Part shown: in pieces, positions 1-10,181 of the stretch
Numbering within the stretch: position 1 is the stretch's first letter
Layout: each line of letters starts with the position of its first letter
Virus record (IMG/VR): IMGVR_UViG_3300042520_002054
Coordinates: 56,709 to 120,708 of that record
Strand: one strand, 5' to 3'
DNA length: 64,000 nt
Origin: a virus
The notes under the pieces: generated by a model
Told to the model about the DNA's origin: nothing
The model's input: the letters and a program-made list of their open reading frames with translations, nothing else
Database searches by the model: none
Position numbers and translations under genes: made by a program

Positions 1-2
1 AA

Positions 3-428
3 GAACGTTCTGTTACAGATAAACTGTATGGATTAGGTGAAGCTCTTACCGAACTAAAACGAACTTATAACTGCATGTTTATTGTCCTTACTCAGATGAA
101 TAGGGATATTGAAGGTGTAGAACGAAGAAAACCTCGAAGTGCTGGAAACTTTCCAACACCTAGTGATGTGTTTGGTTCAGATGCTTTACTGCAACATGCA
201 GACACCTTAATTGCAATTAACAGACCTGCAGATTTCAACATATTTGAATATGGCGCACCTGGTTTTGTTATTCATGACAAAAACGTAATGGCTGTGCATA
301 TATTAAAATCACGTAACTCTGAAACAGGTATGCTTTGGTTTTTAGGTGAGTTTAAAAAAATGAACTTACTAGAACTAGAAGAAACACACCCTTATTACCC
401 CGTATCCACAGTACCAATTAAAAAGTAA
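3..428 (+). CDS. dnaB: Replicative DnaB-like (SF4) helicase, C-terminal part (5' truncated by window)
   Basis: Frame is open from position 3 (ERSVTDKLYG...). Motifs LTQMNR, P-x-x-SD-x-x-GSDALLQHAD and ILKSRN match DnaB H3/H4 and the arginine finger. Confidence 0.85.
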   Translation, partial: ERSVTDKLYGLGEALTELKRTYNCMFIVLTQMNRDIEGVERRKPRSAGNFPTPSDVFGSDALLQHADTLIAINRPADFNIFEYGAPGFVIHDKNVMAVHILKSRNSETGMLWFLGEFKKMNLLELEETHPYYPVSTVPIKK

Positions 429-431
429 AGT

Positions 432-992
432 ATGTATTCAACACCATTATCTGAAGAAAAACCTACTTACACAAAACCAGATTCTGAAGTAAGAATCGAA
501 AAAACGAAAGCAATTAAAGATTTTTGGAAGGAAGCTTTAGTTGCTACTACATTCAAAGGAATGTATGTTGTCCCAAAAGTATTATACAAACCTTCCGGTA
601 AAAGCTATGATGTAATTAGCTGTTATGCAACCGAGCTATCTAAAGGTGATATGCTTGTAGAGTACGTCAATTTTCAATATGACGTAATTGATGAAGATAG
701 GACACTATACTTGCTAAGGTATAATCCAAACTTCGAGAGTGAATATGAAGATCGTGGTAATGGTAGTTTTACCATTAAAGCGGAAAAATTACAGAAAGTT
801 GTAAGCTACAATGATTTACGTAGTGCTTCTACTGAAAGAACAGAAGAAGAAGTTGCAACTTTTTTAGAACAAGGTGAGCAAGAGGATGCTAATTTTAACA
901 AGCTTACTGTACGTGACTTGTATGCAATTATCCAAAACAAACCTGTTTCTAACAAACCTTGGTTAAATAAGGTCATTTTGAAAAACAAATAG
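432..992 (+). CDS. Hypothetical phage protein
   Basis: 186-aa ORF packed between the helicase and the ATPase; ends in TAG, with the next ATG 1 nt later. Confidence 0.7.
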   Translation: MYSTPLSEEKPTYTKPDSEVRIEKTKAIKDFWKEALVATTFKGMYVVPKVLYKPSGKSYDVISCYATELSKGDMLVEYVNFQYDVIDEDRTLYLLRYNPNFESEYEDRGNGSFTIKAEKLQKVVSYNDLRSASTERTEEEVATFLEQGEQEDANFNKLTVRDLYAIIQNKPVSNKPWLNKVILKNK

Positions 993-993
993 T

Positions 994-1779
994 ATGACAG
1001 CAACGACAGAAGCAAAAAGACCAGCAGCTGTTTCTGCGCCGGGAATTGTACTCCCGACAAAGAAATCACCAGCACTAACTAAAAGTCCTAAGACACTTGT
1101 GATTTTTAGTAAACCAAAAGTTGGTAAGACAAGCTTGCTTGCAGGACTTGAGAACTGTTTAATTCTCGACTTAGAGAATGGAACAGATTACTTAGAAGCT
1201 ATGAAGCTAAAAGTAAGTTCTGCGCAAGACATCAAACCAATTGTATCAGCAATTATTGAAGCGGGTAAACCGTACAAATACATTGCTATTGACACAATCA
1301 CAGCACTAGAAGACATGTGTATTCCGGTAGCTGAGCGATTGTACAGTGATTCACCAATGGGTAAAAATTGGTTTACAGAAGGAAAACCAAAATATGGTTC
1401 TATTCTAAACCTACCCAATGGTGCAGGATATCCCTGGTTGCGTGAAGCATTTACCAGAGCTATTGAACTCATCCGTCACGCTGCGGATAATATCATTCTA
1501 ATAGGTCATATTAAAGACACTCTATTAGAAAAAAATGGAGCTGAATTTTCAGCACTAGACTTAGACTTAACAGGAAAATTGAAACGCATCACAACATCAA
1601 ATGCTGATGCAATAGGTTACCTGTATCGTAAAGGAGACAAAAACTTTTTAAGTTTCAAAACAACAGATGAAATCAGTTGTGGTGCTCGACCTGAGCATTT
1701 GCGTAACAAAGAGTTTGTAATCTCTGAAGTAACAGATAGTGGGCTTGTCACTCACTGGAACGAAATATACATCGACTAA
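994..1779 (+). CDS. Sak4-like/AAA_24 P-loop ATPase (single-strand annealing/recombination)
   Basis: Walker A SKPKVGKT, LDLENG, Walker B IAIDT, IILIGH; sits next to the SSB candidate. Confidence 0.75.
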   Translation: MTATTEAKRPAAVSAPGIVLPTKKSPALTKSPKTLVIFSKPKVGKTSLLAGLENCLILDLENGTDYLEAMKLKVSSAQDIKPIVSAIIEAGKPYKYIAIDTITALEDMCIPVAERLYSDSPMGKNWFTEGKPKYGSILNLPNGAGYPWLREAFTRAIELIRHAADNIILIGHIKDTLLEKNGAEFSALDLDLTGKLKRITTSNADAIGYLYRKGDKNFLSFKTTDEISCGARPEHLRNKEFVISEVTDSGLVTHWNEIYID

Positions 1780-1810
1780 ACTAAACATTTAACTTTAAAT
1801 AATAAAAACC

Positions 1811-2542
1811 ATGAATTTCAGAATTGACGATTTTGACGTAAACAAAGATCTCAACCAGTCAGGTGGAAACAGTAATTCACCACTTCTTGAACCAGGTACT
1901 CACCAAGTTCGTTTGGTAGACATGTACTTGAAAACACCAGGTTATGATGCAAAAAAGGAAAAGTATGAACTTATCCTAGTTCTAGAAGGACCTAATATGG
2001 GACCTGATTTTAAAGGATGGTTGAAAGATCCTATGAATCCTAGTCGTGGAAGCTTTGAAGGTAAAAGTGCAAATGTCAAGCATGACTTCTGGGCATTTAG
2101 TACATACACCAATAAGCGTGGTGAAAATGTAGATCGTGACCAACAGATTTTCCGTTGGGTAAATTCGTTTGCATTTTACATTGGTAAAATGGAAGCATTG
2201 CGTGCAGCAAATATTGATGAAGCTACTATTGAAGACTATGTAGCAGCAGCAAAAAATGTTTTAGCTGATGTAAATCACTGGTTCTACGCAACAGTTGCTG
2301 GACAGCAGTACAAGAACAAAAATGGTTATGACGCATTTACATTGTTCTTTCCTAAACCTACTAAGCTTCAGCAACCTTATGCATACTCACCTGATGGTGA
2401 CATGCCTGGAAATATTCTTGCGTTTAATCCTGAAGAACACATTACTGTTAAAAAAGAGCGTGAAGCTGAACCATTGTCTGATGGTTTTAGCGTAAATGGT
2501 AGTTATGCACCAGCAAATGGTTTTAACGACTTGTCACTCTAA
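1811..2542 (+). CDS. Putative single-stranded DNA-binding protein
   Basis: Directly follows the Sak4-like ATPase; LEPGTH followed by a beta-rich region, aromatic-rich body, flexible tail ending FNDLSL; followed by a terminator. Confidence 0.5.
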   Translation: MNFRIDDFDVNKDLNQSGGNSNSPLLEPGTHQVRLVDMYLKTPGYDAKKEKYELILVLEGPNMGPDFKGWLKDPMNPSRGSFEGKSANVKHDFWAFSTYTNKRGENVDRDQQIFRWVNSFAFYIGKMEALRAANIDEATIEDYVAAAKNVLADVNHWFYATVAGQQYKNKNGYDAFTLFFPKPTKLQQPYAYSPDGDMPGNILAFNPEEHITVKKEREAEPLSDGFSVNGSYAPANGFNDLSL

Positions 2543-2559
2543 TTTTTAACTGATAGTAA

Positions 2560-2595
2560 AATGGGGTGTAGTTAACGCTGCACCCCATTATTTTA
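2560..2595 (+). terminator. Intrinsic terminator
   Basis: AATGGGGTGTAG / CTGCACCCCATT stem followed by ATTTTT. Confidence 0.75.
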
Positions 2596-2602
2596 TAATT
2601 GT

Positions 2603-3613
2603 ATGTTCAGGGTTCGAGATTATGTCCACGATTTTACAGAAGTACCTTCCACATGGATCTTTGAGTACTATCTCAATTTATCTCAACAACTGCACGGACA
2701 AACAGTCTTAATACGCAGTGTGTTTAACAGTAAGGACAAAAATCCTTCGCTGTCTATTTATTACAATCGTCACCTCCAACAGTACAGGTTCAAATGTTTT
2801 TCGACAGGTATAGGAGGTTCGGCGATCGACCTTATGCAACACTTATGGAAGGTTGATTTTCATACTGCAACTAAAAAGATAATTGACGACTATGTTCAAT
2901 TTATTAACAGCGGTAAGAGTTTCAATCGAACTATTTATGAAGGTGCTACATGGAGAGTCAAGGATTACACACCTCGAATCTGGAATACAAACGACGCTAA
3001 ATACTGGACACCTTTCAATATTGACAGTAAACTTTTAGAAAAATACAATGTGGTTCCTTTGGACAACTATGTAATGTTTCGTAAAAAAGGTTCTGAATGT
3101 CAAGATGATGAGTCCTTTATCACTAAAAGTGAATACATATATGGTTTCTTTAACCGAGATGGTAAATTGTATAAAATTTATCGACCGTTAGATAAAGAAC
3201 GCAAATTCTTAAAGATTGGAAACTACTTACAGGGATTGGACCAGTTAGAAATGCTGGATTACCTTGTAATAGTTTCCTCTCTTAAGGATATAATGTGTAT
3301 GAAATCTTTAGGTTTTAAGGTAGATTTAGTTGCGCCAGATAGTGAAAACTCGACATTGTCAGAACAGCAAATAGATGAATTCAAAGCAAACTATAAAGCT
3401 GTTATAACTCTATTTGACAATGATGATGCAGGTATTAAAAACATGAAGAAATACGAGGAGTTGTATAAACTCCCCTTTGTGTATTTACCTATGAGTAAAG
3501 ATGTAAGTGACTCTGTAAAGCAGTTCGGTAAAGAGAAAGTTCTATATGAACTTGCACCAAGGTTGCAACGAGCGATTGAAAAATATGAAGAATATCATCC
3601 TGAAAATACGTGA
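2603..3613 (+). CDS. DNA primase (crAss-type DnaG; degenerate Zn-binding domain plus TOPRIM)
   Basis: N-terminal SVF..KDKNPS...FKCFSTG; TOPRIM motifs SSLKD and LFDNDDAG; KDVSD. Confidence 0.85.
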   Translation: MFRVRDYVHDFTEVPSTWIFEYYLNLSQQLHGQTVLIRSVFNSKDKNPSLSIYYNRHLQQYRFKCFSTGIGGSAIDLMQHLWKVDFHTATKKIIDDYVQFINSGKSFNRTIYEGATWRVKDYTPRIWNTNDAKYWTPFNIDSKLLEKYNVVPLDNYVMFRKKGSECQDDESFITKSEYIYGFFNRDGKLYKIYRPLDKERKFLKIGNYLQGLDQLEMLDYLVIVSSLKDIMCMKSLGFKVDLVAPDSENSTLSEQQIDEFKANYKAVITLFDNDDAGIKNMKKYEELYKLPFVYLPMSKDVSDSVKQFGKEKVLYELAPRLQRAIEKYEEYHPENT

Positions 3614-3644
3614 GTTCTACAAAATAAGTTAAATTTGTAGAAAT
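3613..3644 (+). promoter_or_regulatory. Bacteroidota-like -7 promoter element (TAAATTTG) within inverted TTGTAGAAmT boxes
   Basis: TAnnTTTG at 3630-3637; AGTTCTACAA at 3613-3622 and TTGTAGAAAT at 3635-3644. Confidence 0.5.
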
Positions 3645-3653
3645 CCGTATCCT

Positions 3654-4085
3654 ATGTTGATATTCATACCAGGTGCTGTACCCTCGTCCAAAAACAGCAG
3701 AATCCGTACAAAGTCAGGTTTATTCATTGCATCTAAAGCAACACAAACCTGGAGAAAAAATACAATGCAATACTGGAGTCTGTATCGAAAAGCTTTTGTA
3801 GAACAGTGTATTGGCAAGTCTCAACCTTTCTTTATTGGTTTTCATTTTGTACGGGGTACTAAACACCGTTGGGATTTTATCAATCCTTGTCAAACTATTC
3901 AAGATGAAATGACCCATCATGGGTGGTTAACAGATGACTCTGTTGACGAAATGTTACCCCTACCCTTAAAAGTAGACGGTAATTACTGGTCTTACGATAA
4001 GAACCATGCGGGTGTATATATAAAAGTATTATCTACACCTGAAGAAGCAAATTTTAATTTTTCAAAGACCGCAGTACATGTATAA
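3654..4085 (+). CDS. RusA-like Holliday junction resolvase
   Basis: PGAVPSSKN N-terminus and acidic pattern WD-x-x-N...QD...G-x-x-x-DD. Confidence 0.65.
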   Translation: MLIFIPGAVPSSKNSRIRTKSGLFIASKATQTWRKNTMQYWSLYRKAFVEQCIGKSQPFFIGFHFVRGTKHRWDFINPCQTIQDEMTHHGWLTDDSVDEMLPLPLKVDGNYWSYDKNHAGVYIKVLSTPEEANFNFSKTAVHV

Positions 4086-5118
4086 ATTTAATTCAGACGC
4101 AATCGACGCAGGCACTAGACTTAGACTTGAAGAAGAATTTTTTTCAAATAGGTTTACATTGTCATATAGCGGATTAAACAGATTGCTTTATTCCCCGCAG
4201 TTATTCTACAACGACTATGTGCTTAAAGGTAAGCAGGAGTCTGTTGACAAATATTTGGTTGAAGGTAAGTTGATTCATTGTCTATTACTTACACCACATG
4301 AATTTGACAAACAATTTGCTATTACACCGAAGGATCTTCCATCAGATAGCGCAAAAGCATTATTGCACACTTTGTTTAATCATCACTCTGAGCTTTCAAA
4401 AACAGAGGATTATGATGGTCGTACACAATTGGAAGAATACGGTAACGCAGTATTAGATATTCTTACAGATATGAATCTTCATCAGTCGCTTAAAACTGAT
4501 GCTCAAAGGTTAGAGAAAATCATTATTGATAAGAATATTGAGTATTGGAATTACCTGCTTAATGCTGATGGTAGAAGCATTGTTGATGACAATCAAATGG
4601 AATTTGCTAAACAAGTTGTAGAAACTATTAAAGCAAAATCTAGGATTAATCAATTGATGGGACTTACCGTAGATCCTTTTGATAAAGTTCAGGTCCTGAA
4701 CGAGTTTTATGTACATCTACCAGCTGAACATTTACCTTTTGATCTTAAAGGGTTTATTGACAACTTGGTTATTGATCATAATGCTAAAATTATCAGGATT
4801 AATGATTTGAAAAAGTCTTCAAAAGATATTCAAAACTTCAAAGATTCGATTGATTACTATCGTTATGACTTGCAAGCAGCAATGTATTATACATTGATTG
4901 TCAATACATTAGCTAAAGAGTATGGTTACGATGTAGAGTTTCGATTTATTGTAGTAGACTCTTTGATGCAAGTAGCTCCTTATAAGGTTTCAGCAAAGAC
5001 TATGGAGGAATGGGTCAATAATCTCAACACTAAATTGGAAGAAGCATCTTACCATTTTGAGAAAAGAGATTTCGATCTCCCTTATCTATTTGCAGTAAAC
5101 CAAGAAGTAGAGCTATGA
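4078..5118 (+). CDS. PD-(D/E)xK exonuclease (RecE/Exo VIII-like)
   Basis: LSYS, G-x-x-IH, LKGFID, INDLK and YDLQAAMY motifs. Confidence 0.8.
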   Translation: MYKFNSDAIDAGTRLRLEEEFFSNRFTLSYSGLNRLLYSPQLFYNDYVLKGKQESVDKYLVEGKLIHCLLLTPHEFDKQFAITPKDLPSDSAKALLHTLFNHHSELSKTEDYDGRTQLEEYGNAVLDILTDMNLHQSLKTDAQRLEKIIIDKNIEYWNYLLNADGRSIVDDNQMEFAKQVVETIKAKSRINQLMGLTVDPFDKVQVLNEFYVHLPAEHLPFDLKGFIDNLVIDHNAKIIRINDLKKSSKDIQNFKDSIDYYRYDLQAAMYYTLIVNTLAKEYGYDVEFRFIVVDSLMQVAPYKVSAKTMEEWVNNLNTKLEEASYHFEKRDFDLPYLFAVNQEVEL

Positions 5119-5684
5119 TTCAAGATCTGTATAAGACTTATTTTCAAAAATCCAAGGTATTTCTATATCCTCTCATAGGGATAAGTAGAAAGGCAGCTTA
5201 CCGTCCCAGCAATACTTATATTGCTTGGGATGGTAGGTTCACACCTGAAGACTGCAAACTAATTGCAGTTTACAAGGTTGACGATTCTGATGAGTGGAAG
5301 CAGTTCCATTTAAATATTCTGCTGAAGAATAGGATGTTTAATTCATTCTATACTTCCAAGGATTTGACTGAGAATATCTATGTATTTGATCTGTTTTATC
5401 ATAAAGCTGATTATAAGCATATTATAAGAGGTCAATACTCTAAAATACAATCACATCCTAGAGGTTTAATTCTTAACCATTTCGGACATAATACACCTGA
5501 GTGGGCATATGTAGAAAGTTTCTTAATTCCTAAGAAGCACTTCAAACAATATGCTGAAATGCTAGGTGTCGATCAAGAAGATCTAGAATCTGTAGGTGAA
5601 TTGTGTTCACCACCAGATTTAGAAAAAGAAACTTTATCTCTAGAAACAGTTGATTATTTTGGAGAACTTGTCAAAGAAATTTAA
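5115..5684 (+). CDS. Hypothetical phage protein
   Basis: 189-aa ORF with ATGA overlap to the upstream gene. Confidence 0.7.
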   Translation: MIQDLYKTYFQKSKVFLYPLIGISRKAAYRPSNTYIAWDGRFTPEDCKLIAVYKVDDSDEWKQFHLNILLKNRMFNSFYTSKDLTENIYVFDLFYHKADYKHIIRGQYSKIQSHPRGLILNHFGHNTPEWAYVESFLIPKKHFKQYAEMLGVDQEDLESVGELCSPPDLEKETLSLETVDYFGELVKEI

Positions 5685-5696
5685 TTTTGTAGAACT
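5659..5696 (+). promoter_or_regulatory. Bacteroidota sigmaA-like promoter (TTG-N20-TAATTTTG) with direct-repeat TTG(G/T)AGAACT boxes
   Basis: TTG at 5659 and TAATTTTG at 5682-5689 give the canonical -33/-7 spacing; lies upstream of ORF 5715 and PolB. Confidence 0.6.
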
Positions 5697-5714
5697 CATA
5701 AAAAAACCAATGTC

Positions 5715-6077
5715 ATGGCAGAAAAATCAATGCTTGTAACAACTATGGAATGGAACGGTACACCGACATTCCGAATGATTCCTATTAACATCGACTGTCC
5801 TTATGTAGATGTAATTTTTGATCCTCGTGAAAAAACTCTTGCTGTTATCAGTTCAAGTGTTAAAGAAAAACCTCAAATGTTACCTAAGCTAAACGACAAG
5901 GGACAATTGATGCAATTACGTGGTAATGATTACGCTCAAGAACGTCGTATCATGGAAGCTTATTATGAATACTATATCCAAGATTTGACGGATATTGAAA
6001 CTTTTGTAAAGCACTTTGCTGTAAACTCAGATCACCCAGTGATTAAAACAGCAATCGAAACAGATTATAATAAGTGA
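5715..6077 (+). CDS. Hypothetical phage protein
   Basis: 120-aa ORF with an A-rich leader typical of Bacteroidota translation initiation. Confidence 0.7.
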   Translation: MAEKSMLVTTMEWNGTPTFRMIPINIDCPYVDVIFDPREKTLAVISSSVKEKPQMLPKLNDKGQLMQLRGNDYAQERRIMEAYYEYYIQDLTDIETFVKHFAVNSDHPVIKTAIETDYNK

Positions 6078-6095
6078 TTACAATAGTTTCATCCC

Positions 6096-8069
6096 GTGTC
6101 TATGAATCGTACATTTTGGATAATGGACTATGAAACAATAGTAAATTGTTTTATAGCTGTTTTTGAAGCGTATGACCGGGATGAACGTAAAGTATTTGTA
6201 ATTAATCGTGACAGAAATGACGCTGTTGCATTTATCAAATTTCTTGATGAATGTATTGTAAGTGACAGCTGGCACTTTGGTTACAATAATATTGCTTTTG
6301 ACGCCCAGATTACGCAGTATATACTGGTAAACCGTGAAGCTATACTAAAAGGTAGTAGTGATGAAGTCACTATGATGATCGCTCAGTATGCCGGAACGGT
6401 AATTAATAAATCTAGGAACAATGAGTTCCATGATTTTAGAGAAGAAGACTTTTCTATCAAAGTGATTGACATTTTTAAACTCAATCACTGGGATAATCCT
6501 GCTAAAAGATCAAGCTTAAAGTGGATACAATACTCTTTAGATTGGAATAATGTACAAGAAATGCCGCATAAACACACTAATCCTGTGTTAACGAATGAAG
6601 TACTAAACGATCTGATAGGATATTGTATTAACGACGTTGCTTCTACTAAAAACATTTTTCATTACAAAGATGAGAAAGGTGTAGAAGTAATGAAAGAGCA
6701 AATACGACTGCGTTCTGAACTCAGTAAGCAGTATGGTATAAATCTTTACAGTGCTTCTGAGCCACGCATAAGTAAAGAAATGTTCTTACACTTTTTGAGC
6801 GAGCGTCTAAATCAGGATAAACGCACCATTAGAGGATATCGAACTAGCAGAAATAAGATTCAGATAAGTGATGTTCTATTACCATACATTGATTTCCATA
6901 CGCCGGAATTCAAAGCTATGTTCAACTGGTTTAAAAACCTTTCAATAGAAATCAGAGAAGAAAACACTTCTGACACAGAGAATAAAGGTCCTAAATATAC
7001 AATGCACTATAAAGGTGTAGAAACTGTATATGGTTTAGGTGGATTACATGGTTGTGCTAAACCAGGTATTTACGAAGCCAAAGACGATATGATTCTTGTG
7101 ACAGCAGATGTTACATCTTTTTATCCGAATCTAGCTATACGCAACAAGTGGAGTCCTGCTCACATTAAAAATGATGTATTCTGTGAGCTTTATGAATGGT
7201 TCTTTGAAGAGCGTAAAAAGTATCCTAAAGGTTCTACTCTCAATTATCTTTTTAAGATTATTCTAAACTCAACGTATGGTCTAAGTAAGAATGTTTATTC
7301 ATTCTTGTATGATCCTATGTTTACATTTAGAATTACAATCAACGGACAGTTATTGTTAAGCATGCTTTACGAAATGGTAATCACAAGAATACCTAACGCT
7401 GAAGCTATCATGCAAAACACAGATGGTTGTGAATTTATTATTCCCAAAGAATACAGAGGTATGTTTGAAAACATCTGTAAAGAATGGGAACAAATGACCA
7501 ATCTAGAACTTGAACTTGACGAGTACAAAAAGATGATTATATCAGATGTAAACAATTACATCGCGATGTACAAAAAAGAGGGTAAAGAACCAAAGTGTAA
7601 AGGACGTTTTGAGTTTTCAAATCTAGCACTGCATAAAAACAAATCATACCAGGTTGTCCCTAAAGCTTTGTATGCATACTTTGTTAACGGTATTGATCCT
7701 AAAGAATACATAGAATCTAATCGTAACATTTATGATTATTGTGCAGGTGCAAAAATTAAAGGTGACTGGCATTTCGTAGAGCGAAAAGTCATTGACGGAT
7801 GCTACATAGAAAATCAATTGCAAAATCTTGTGAGATATTATATCAGCAAGCATGGAGTAAAGATTATTAAATGCAGCTCTGACGGTAGAGAAATACAATT
7901 AGAAAGTGGTAAATGGTTACAATCTATTTTCAACGTATTTGACTCTAAAGCTTGGAATGACTATGATATTGATGAGTCATTCTATTTAGATAAAATCTAT
8001 CGTGAAATAGCAAAGATTGAAGAATCTAATCCATTAGTAAATTCTAACAAACAACTTACTTTATTCTAG
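6096..8069 (+). CDS. Family B DNA polymerase with 3'-5' exonuclease
   Basis: Exonuclease motifs DYET, GYNN-x-x-FD and YCIND; polymerase motifs DVTSFYPN, KIILNSTYG and NTDG. The true start may be the ATG at 6102. Confidence 0.93.
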   Translation: MSMNRTFWIMDYETIVNCFIAVFEAYDRDERKVFVINRDRNDAVAFIKFLDECIVSDSWHFGYNNIAFDAQITQYILVNREAILKGSSDEVTMMIAQYAGTVINKSRNNEFHDFREEDFSIKVIDIFKLNHWDNPAKRSSLKWIQYSLDWNNVQEMPHKHTNPVLTNEVLNDLIGYCINDVASTKNIFHYKDEKGVEVMKEQIRLRSELSKQYGINLYSASEPRISKEMFLHFLSERLNQDKRTIRGYRTSRNKIQISDVLLPYIDFHTPEFKAMFNWFKNLSIEIREENTSDTENKGPKYTMHYKGVETVYGLGGLHGCAKPGIYEAKDDMILVTADVTSFYPNLAIRNKWSPAHIKNDVFCELYEWFFEERKKYPKGSTLNYLFKIILNSTYGLSKNVYSFLYDPMFTFRITINGQLLLSMLYEMVITRIPNAEAIMQNTDGCEFIIPKEYRGMFENICKEWEQMTNLELELDEYKKMIISDVNNYIAMYKKEGKEPKCKGRFEFSNLALHKNKSYQVVPKALYAYFVNGIDPKEYIESNRNIYDYCAGAKIKGDWHFVERKVIDGCYIENQLQNLVRYYISKHGVKIIKCSSDGREIQLESGKWLQSIFNVFDSKAWNDYDIDESFYLDKIYREIAKIEESNPLVNSNKQLTLF

Positions 8070-8070
8070 T

Positions 8071-8922
8071 ATGAAAAGAACAGTAAACGGATTCGACGCA
8101 TATAATCGAATCATTACAGCAAGTACCCCAGAGCGTACAGATAGCTATACGCCTATCATGCATTCCAATGTCATTAGTCAAGTACGAAAAGAAATTGGAA
8201 AAGCAGGTTTTATGATTACTGCGGAAGATTACCGCAGTACCAATAACGGTCAAGTCGCTATTGGTAATTACAGGATTAACTATAAGTCAGATCCTGATAT
8301 TGAACTAACAGCTTCCTTTATGAATTCTTACAACAAACAGTTTGCATTTAGATTTACAATCGGTGCAATGGTTCGTGTATGCTTGAATGGAATGTTTGTA
8401 AGTGACGGTAAATTTGGTTTCTTCAAGCGTGTTCATAAAGGTGACGCCGACATCTTGTCAACATCAATTATTAGTGACTATCTCAAATCAGCTGATGATT
8501 ATTGGGGAACATTAGTAGGTGCTAAAGATGAGTTGAAAACTAAATCATTAAGTAAGTCTGACCAGTATAACATTCTTGGTCAACTATTCTTTGATGATAA
8601 GCTTTTGACTACTCTTCAGATGAACATTATCAAAAAAGAATTAGAAAATCCTTCTTTTGAGTATGGTGTTGACAATAGTTCTGCATGGGCTTTATATAAT
8701 CACGTAACTCTAGCATTAAAAGAATCACATCCAGCTAACTGGATGGATGATCATTATGCTATACATGATCGCTTTGCAGAGTATTTAGACTTAGGAACTC
8801 ATCGTACAAAATACATGGCAGAACTTACTGAAAAAGGTAAGACTGAACTTGTATTTGCTGATGAAACTGATGTTGTTAGTGAAGAAGAAATACCAGTTGA
8901 AACAGCTGGTTTCTTTTTATAA
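8071..8922 (+). CDS. DUF932-family protein
   Basis: YTPIMH, NSYNK...F..GA.V.VCLNG, H.G and SAWALYN.VT pattern. Confidence 0.7.
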   Translation: MKRTVNGFDAYNRIITASTPERTDSYTPIMHSNVISQVRKEIGKAGFMITAEDYRSTNNGQVAIGNYRINYKSDPDIELTASFMNSYNKQFAFRFTIGAMVRVCLNGMFVSDGKFGFFKRVHKGDADILSTSIISDYLKSADDYWGTLVGAKDELKTKSLSKSDQYNILGQLFFDDKLLTTLQMNIIKKELENPSFEYGVDNSSAWALYNHVTLALKESHPANWMDDHYAIHDRFAEYLDLGTHRTKYMAELTEKGKTELVFADETDVVSEEEIPVETAGFFL

Positions 8923-8929
8923 ATAATTA

Positions 8930-8964
8930 GAGGGGTCCTAGTGACCCCTCATTATTTTTTTTTT
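8930..8964 (+). terminator. Intrinsic terminator
   Basis: GAGGGGTC-ctagt-GACCCCTC followed by a long T tract. Confidence 0.8.
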
Positions 8965-8968
8965 CATC

Positions 8969-9127
8969 ATGAAAGACGTAATTATTGAAACTATTGAATC
9001 ATTCTTCTCAAAGAAGAGAAACTATTCCTCATTTTATGTCATACGTAGGTATCTAAAAATGAAGTACAGAATTTATGTTTCTAAATCTGTTTTACTATCA
9101 AGATTTAAATCTTATAAAAAATCATGA
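8969..9127 (+). CDS. Small basic hypothetical protein (52 aa, not in the ORF track)
   Basis: MKDVIIETIESFFSKKRNYSSFYVIRRYLKMKYRIYVSKSVLLSRFKSYKKS; fills the gap and has an ATGA overlap with the kinase gene. Confidence 0.55.
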   Translation: MKDVIIETIESFFSKKRNYSSFYVIRRYLKMKYRIYVSKSVLLSRFKSYKKS

Positions 9128-9840
9128 AAACACCTCACATTATAGGCATTTCAGGTAAAATTGGAACAGGTAAAGACACTGTTGCAAAGCTTATAAATAT
9201 TATTTGTAAGTATCCTGATTTTTCAGATGCCACAGTAGAACATTTTTATCATAATGGTAAATTTATTTCAAATACCTGGGACGTAAAAAAGTTTGCAGGT
9301 AAATTAAAACATATAGCATCTATACTGACAGGAATACCTGAGTATAAATTTGAAGATCAAGAATTCAAAAAAGCTCTTCTTGGTCCTGAGTGGGGTAATA
9401 CATCTACAAATACACCACTTAATAGCATTGAACCATTTAAAGATATTGAGTTTAATAATTTAATGAGTGTGCGAGAGTTTTTACAAAAGCTTGGTACAGA
9501 AGCTATGCGTAAGGGTCTACACGACAATACTTGGGTTAATGCATTATTTGCTTCTTATTATTCTGGATCTAGATGGGTTATTACAGATGTCAGGTTTGAA
9601 AATGAGGCTGATGCTATACGTTCTAGAAAAGGATTACTTATCAGAATGGTAAGAGAAAACGCTGAAATAAAATCTGATCACCCTTCTGAAACTGGTTTAG
9701 ATAAATATGAATTTGATGTATACCTCATCAATAATGGCACACTTCAAGATCTTATACCTAAAGTTCGTGAGCTTGTCAATCTATATGAATTAAACAGTAA
9801 TTACGAAGAGTTTCAGTCACATAACGAAGGTTTCTTTTAA
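9124..9840 (+). CDS. Deoxynucleoside monophosphate kinase
   Basis: GISGKIGTGKDT, FAGKLK, REFLQKLGTE, ITDVRFENE and HPSE motifs (T4 gp1-like). Confidence 0.9.
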   Translation: MKTPHIIGISGKIGTGKDTVAKLINIICKYPDFSDATVEHFYHNGKFISNTWDVKKFAGKLKHIASILTGIPEYKFEDQEFKKALLGPEWGNTSTNTPLNSIEPFKDIEFNNLMSVREFLQKLGTEAMRKGLHDNTWVNALFASYYSGSRWVITDVRFENEADAIRSRKGLLIRMVRENAEIKSDHPSETGLDKYEFDVYLINNGTLQDLIPKVRELVNLYELNSNYEEFQSHNEGFF

Positions 9841-9851
9841 TAACATATCCT

Positions 9852-10181
9852 ATGGAAAACAAGACTTATTATGTAATGGGTGGAGAAAATGAACATGATA
9901 TAGAGTATATCATAGAAGTACCACACGATGAGGATGTTATAATCATGAAATATTCAGATTCTGTAACATGGTCTCAGCATGTCAGAAATCAAAAAATCAT
10001 GGAAGTTTTGAATTCAGGAGACGGATACAGAATTAATTGGACAACCAAACCCGGTAAGGTTTTAGACTATGCACAAATCGCTGAGTTAACTATTATGCTA
10101 GATTTTCTAAACCGTTTTGATTATTCACCGATGAAGTACAAAATATTAGAAGCTGTAAAAGAAAAAACCCCTCGTAATTGA
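9852..10181 (+). CDS. Hypothetical protein
   Basis: 109-aa ORF ending inside a terminator hairpin. Confidence 0.65.
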   Translation: MENKTYYVMGGENEHDIEYIIEVPHDEDVIIMKYSDSVTWSQHVRNQKIMEVLNSGDGYRINWTTKPGKVLDYAQIAELTIMLDFLNRFDYSPMKYKILEAVKEKTPRN

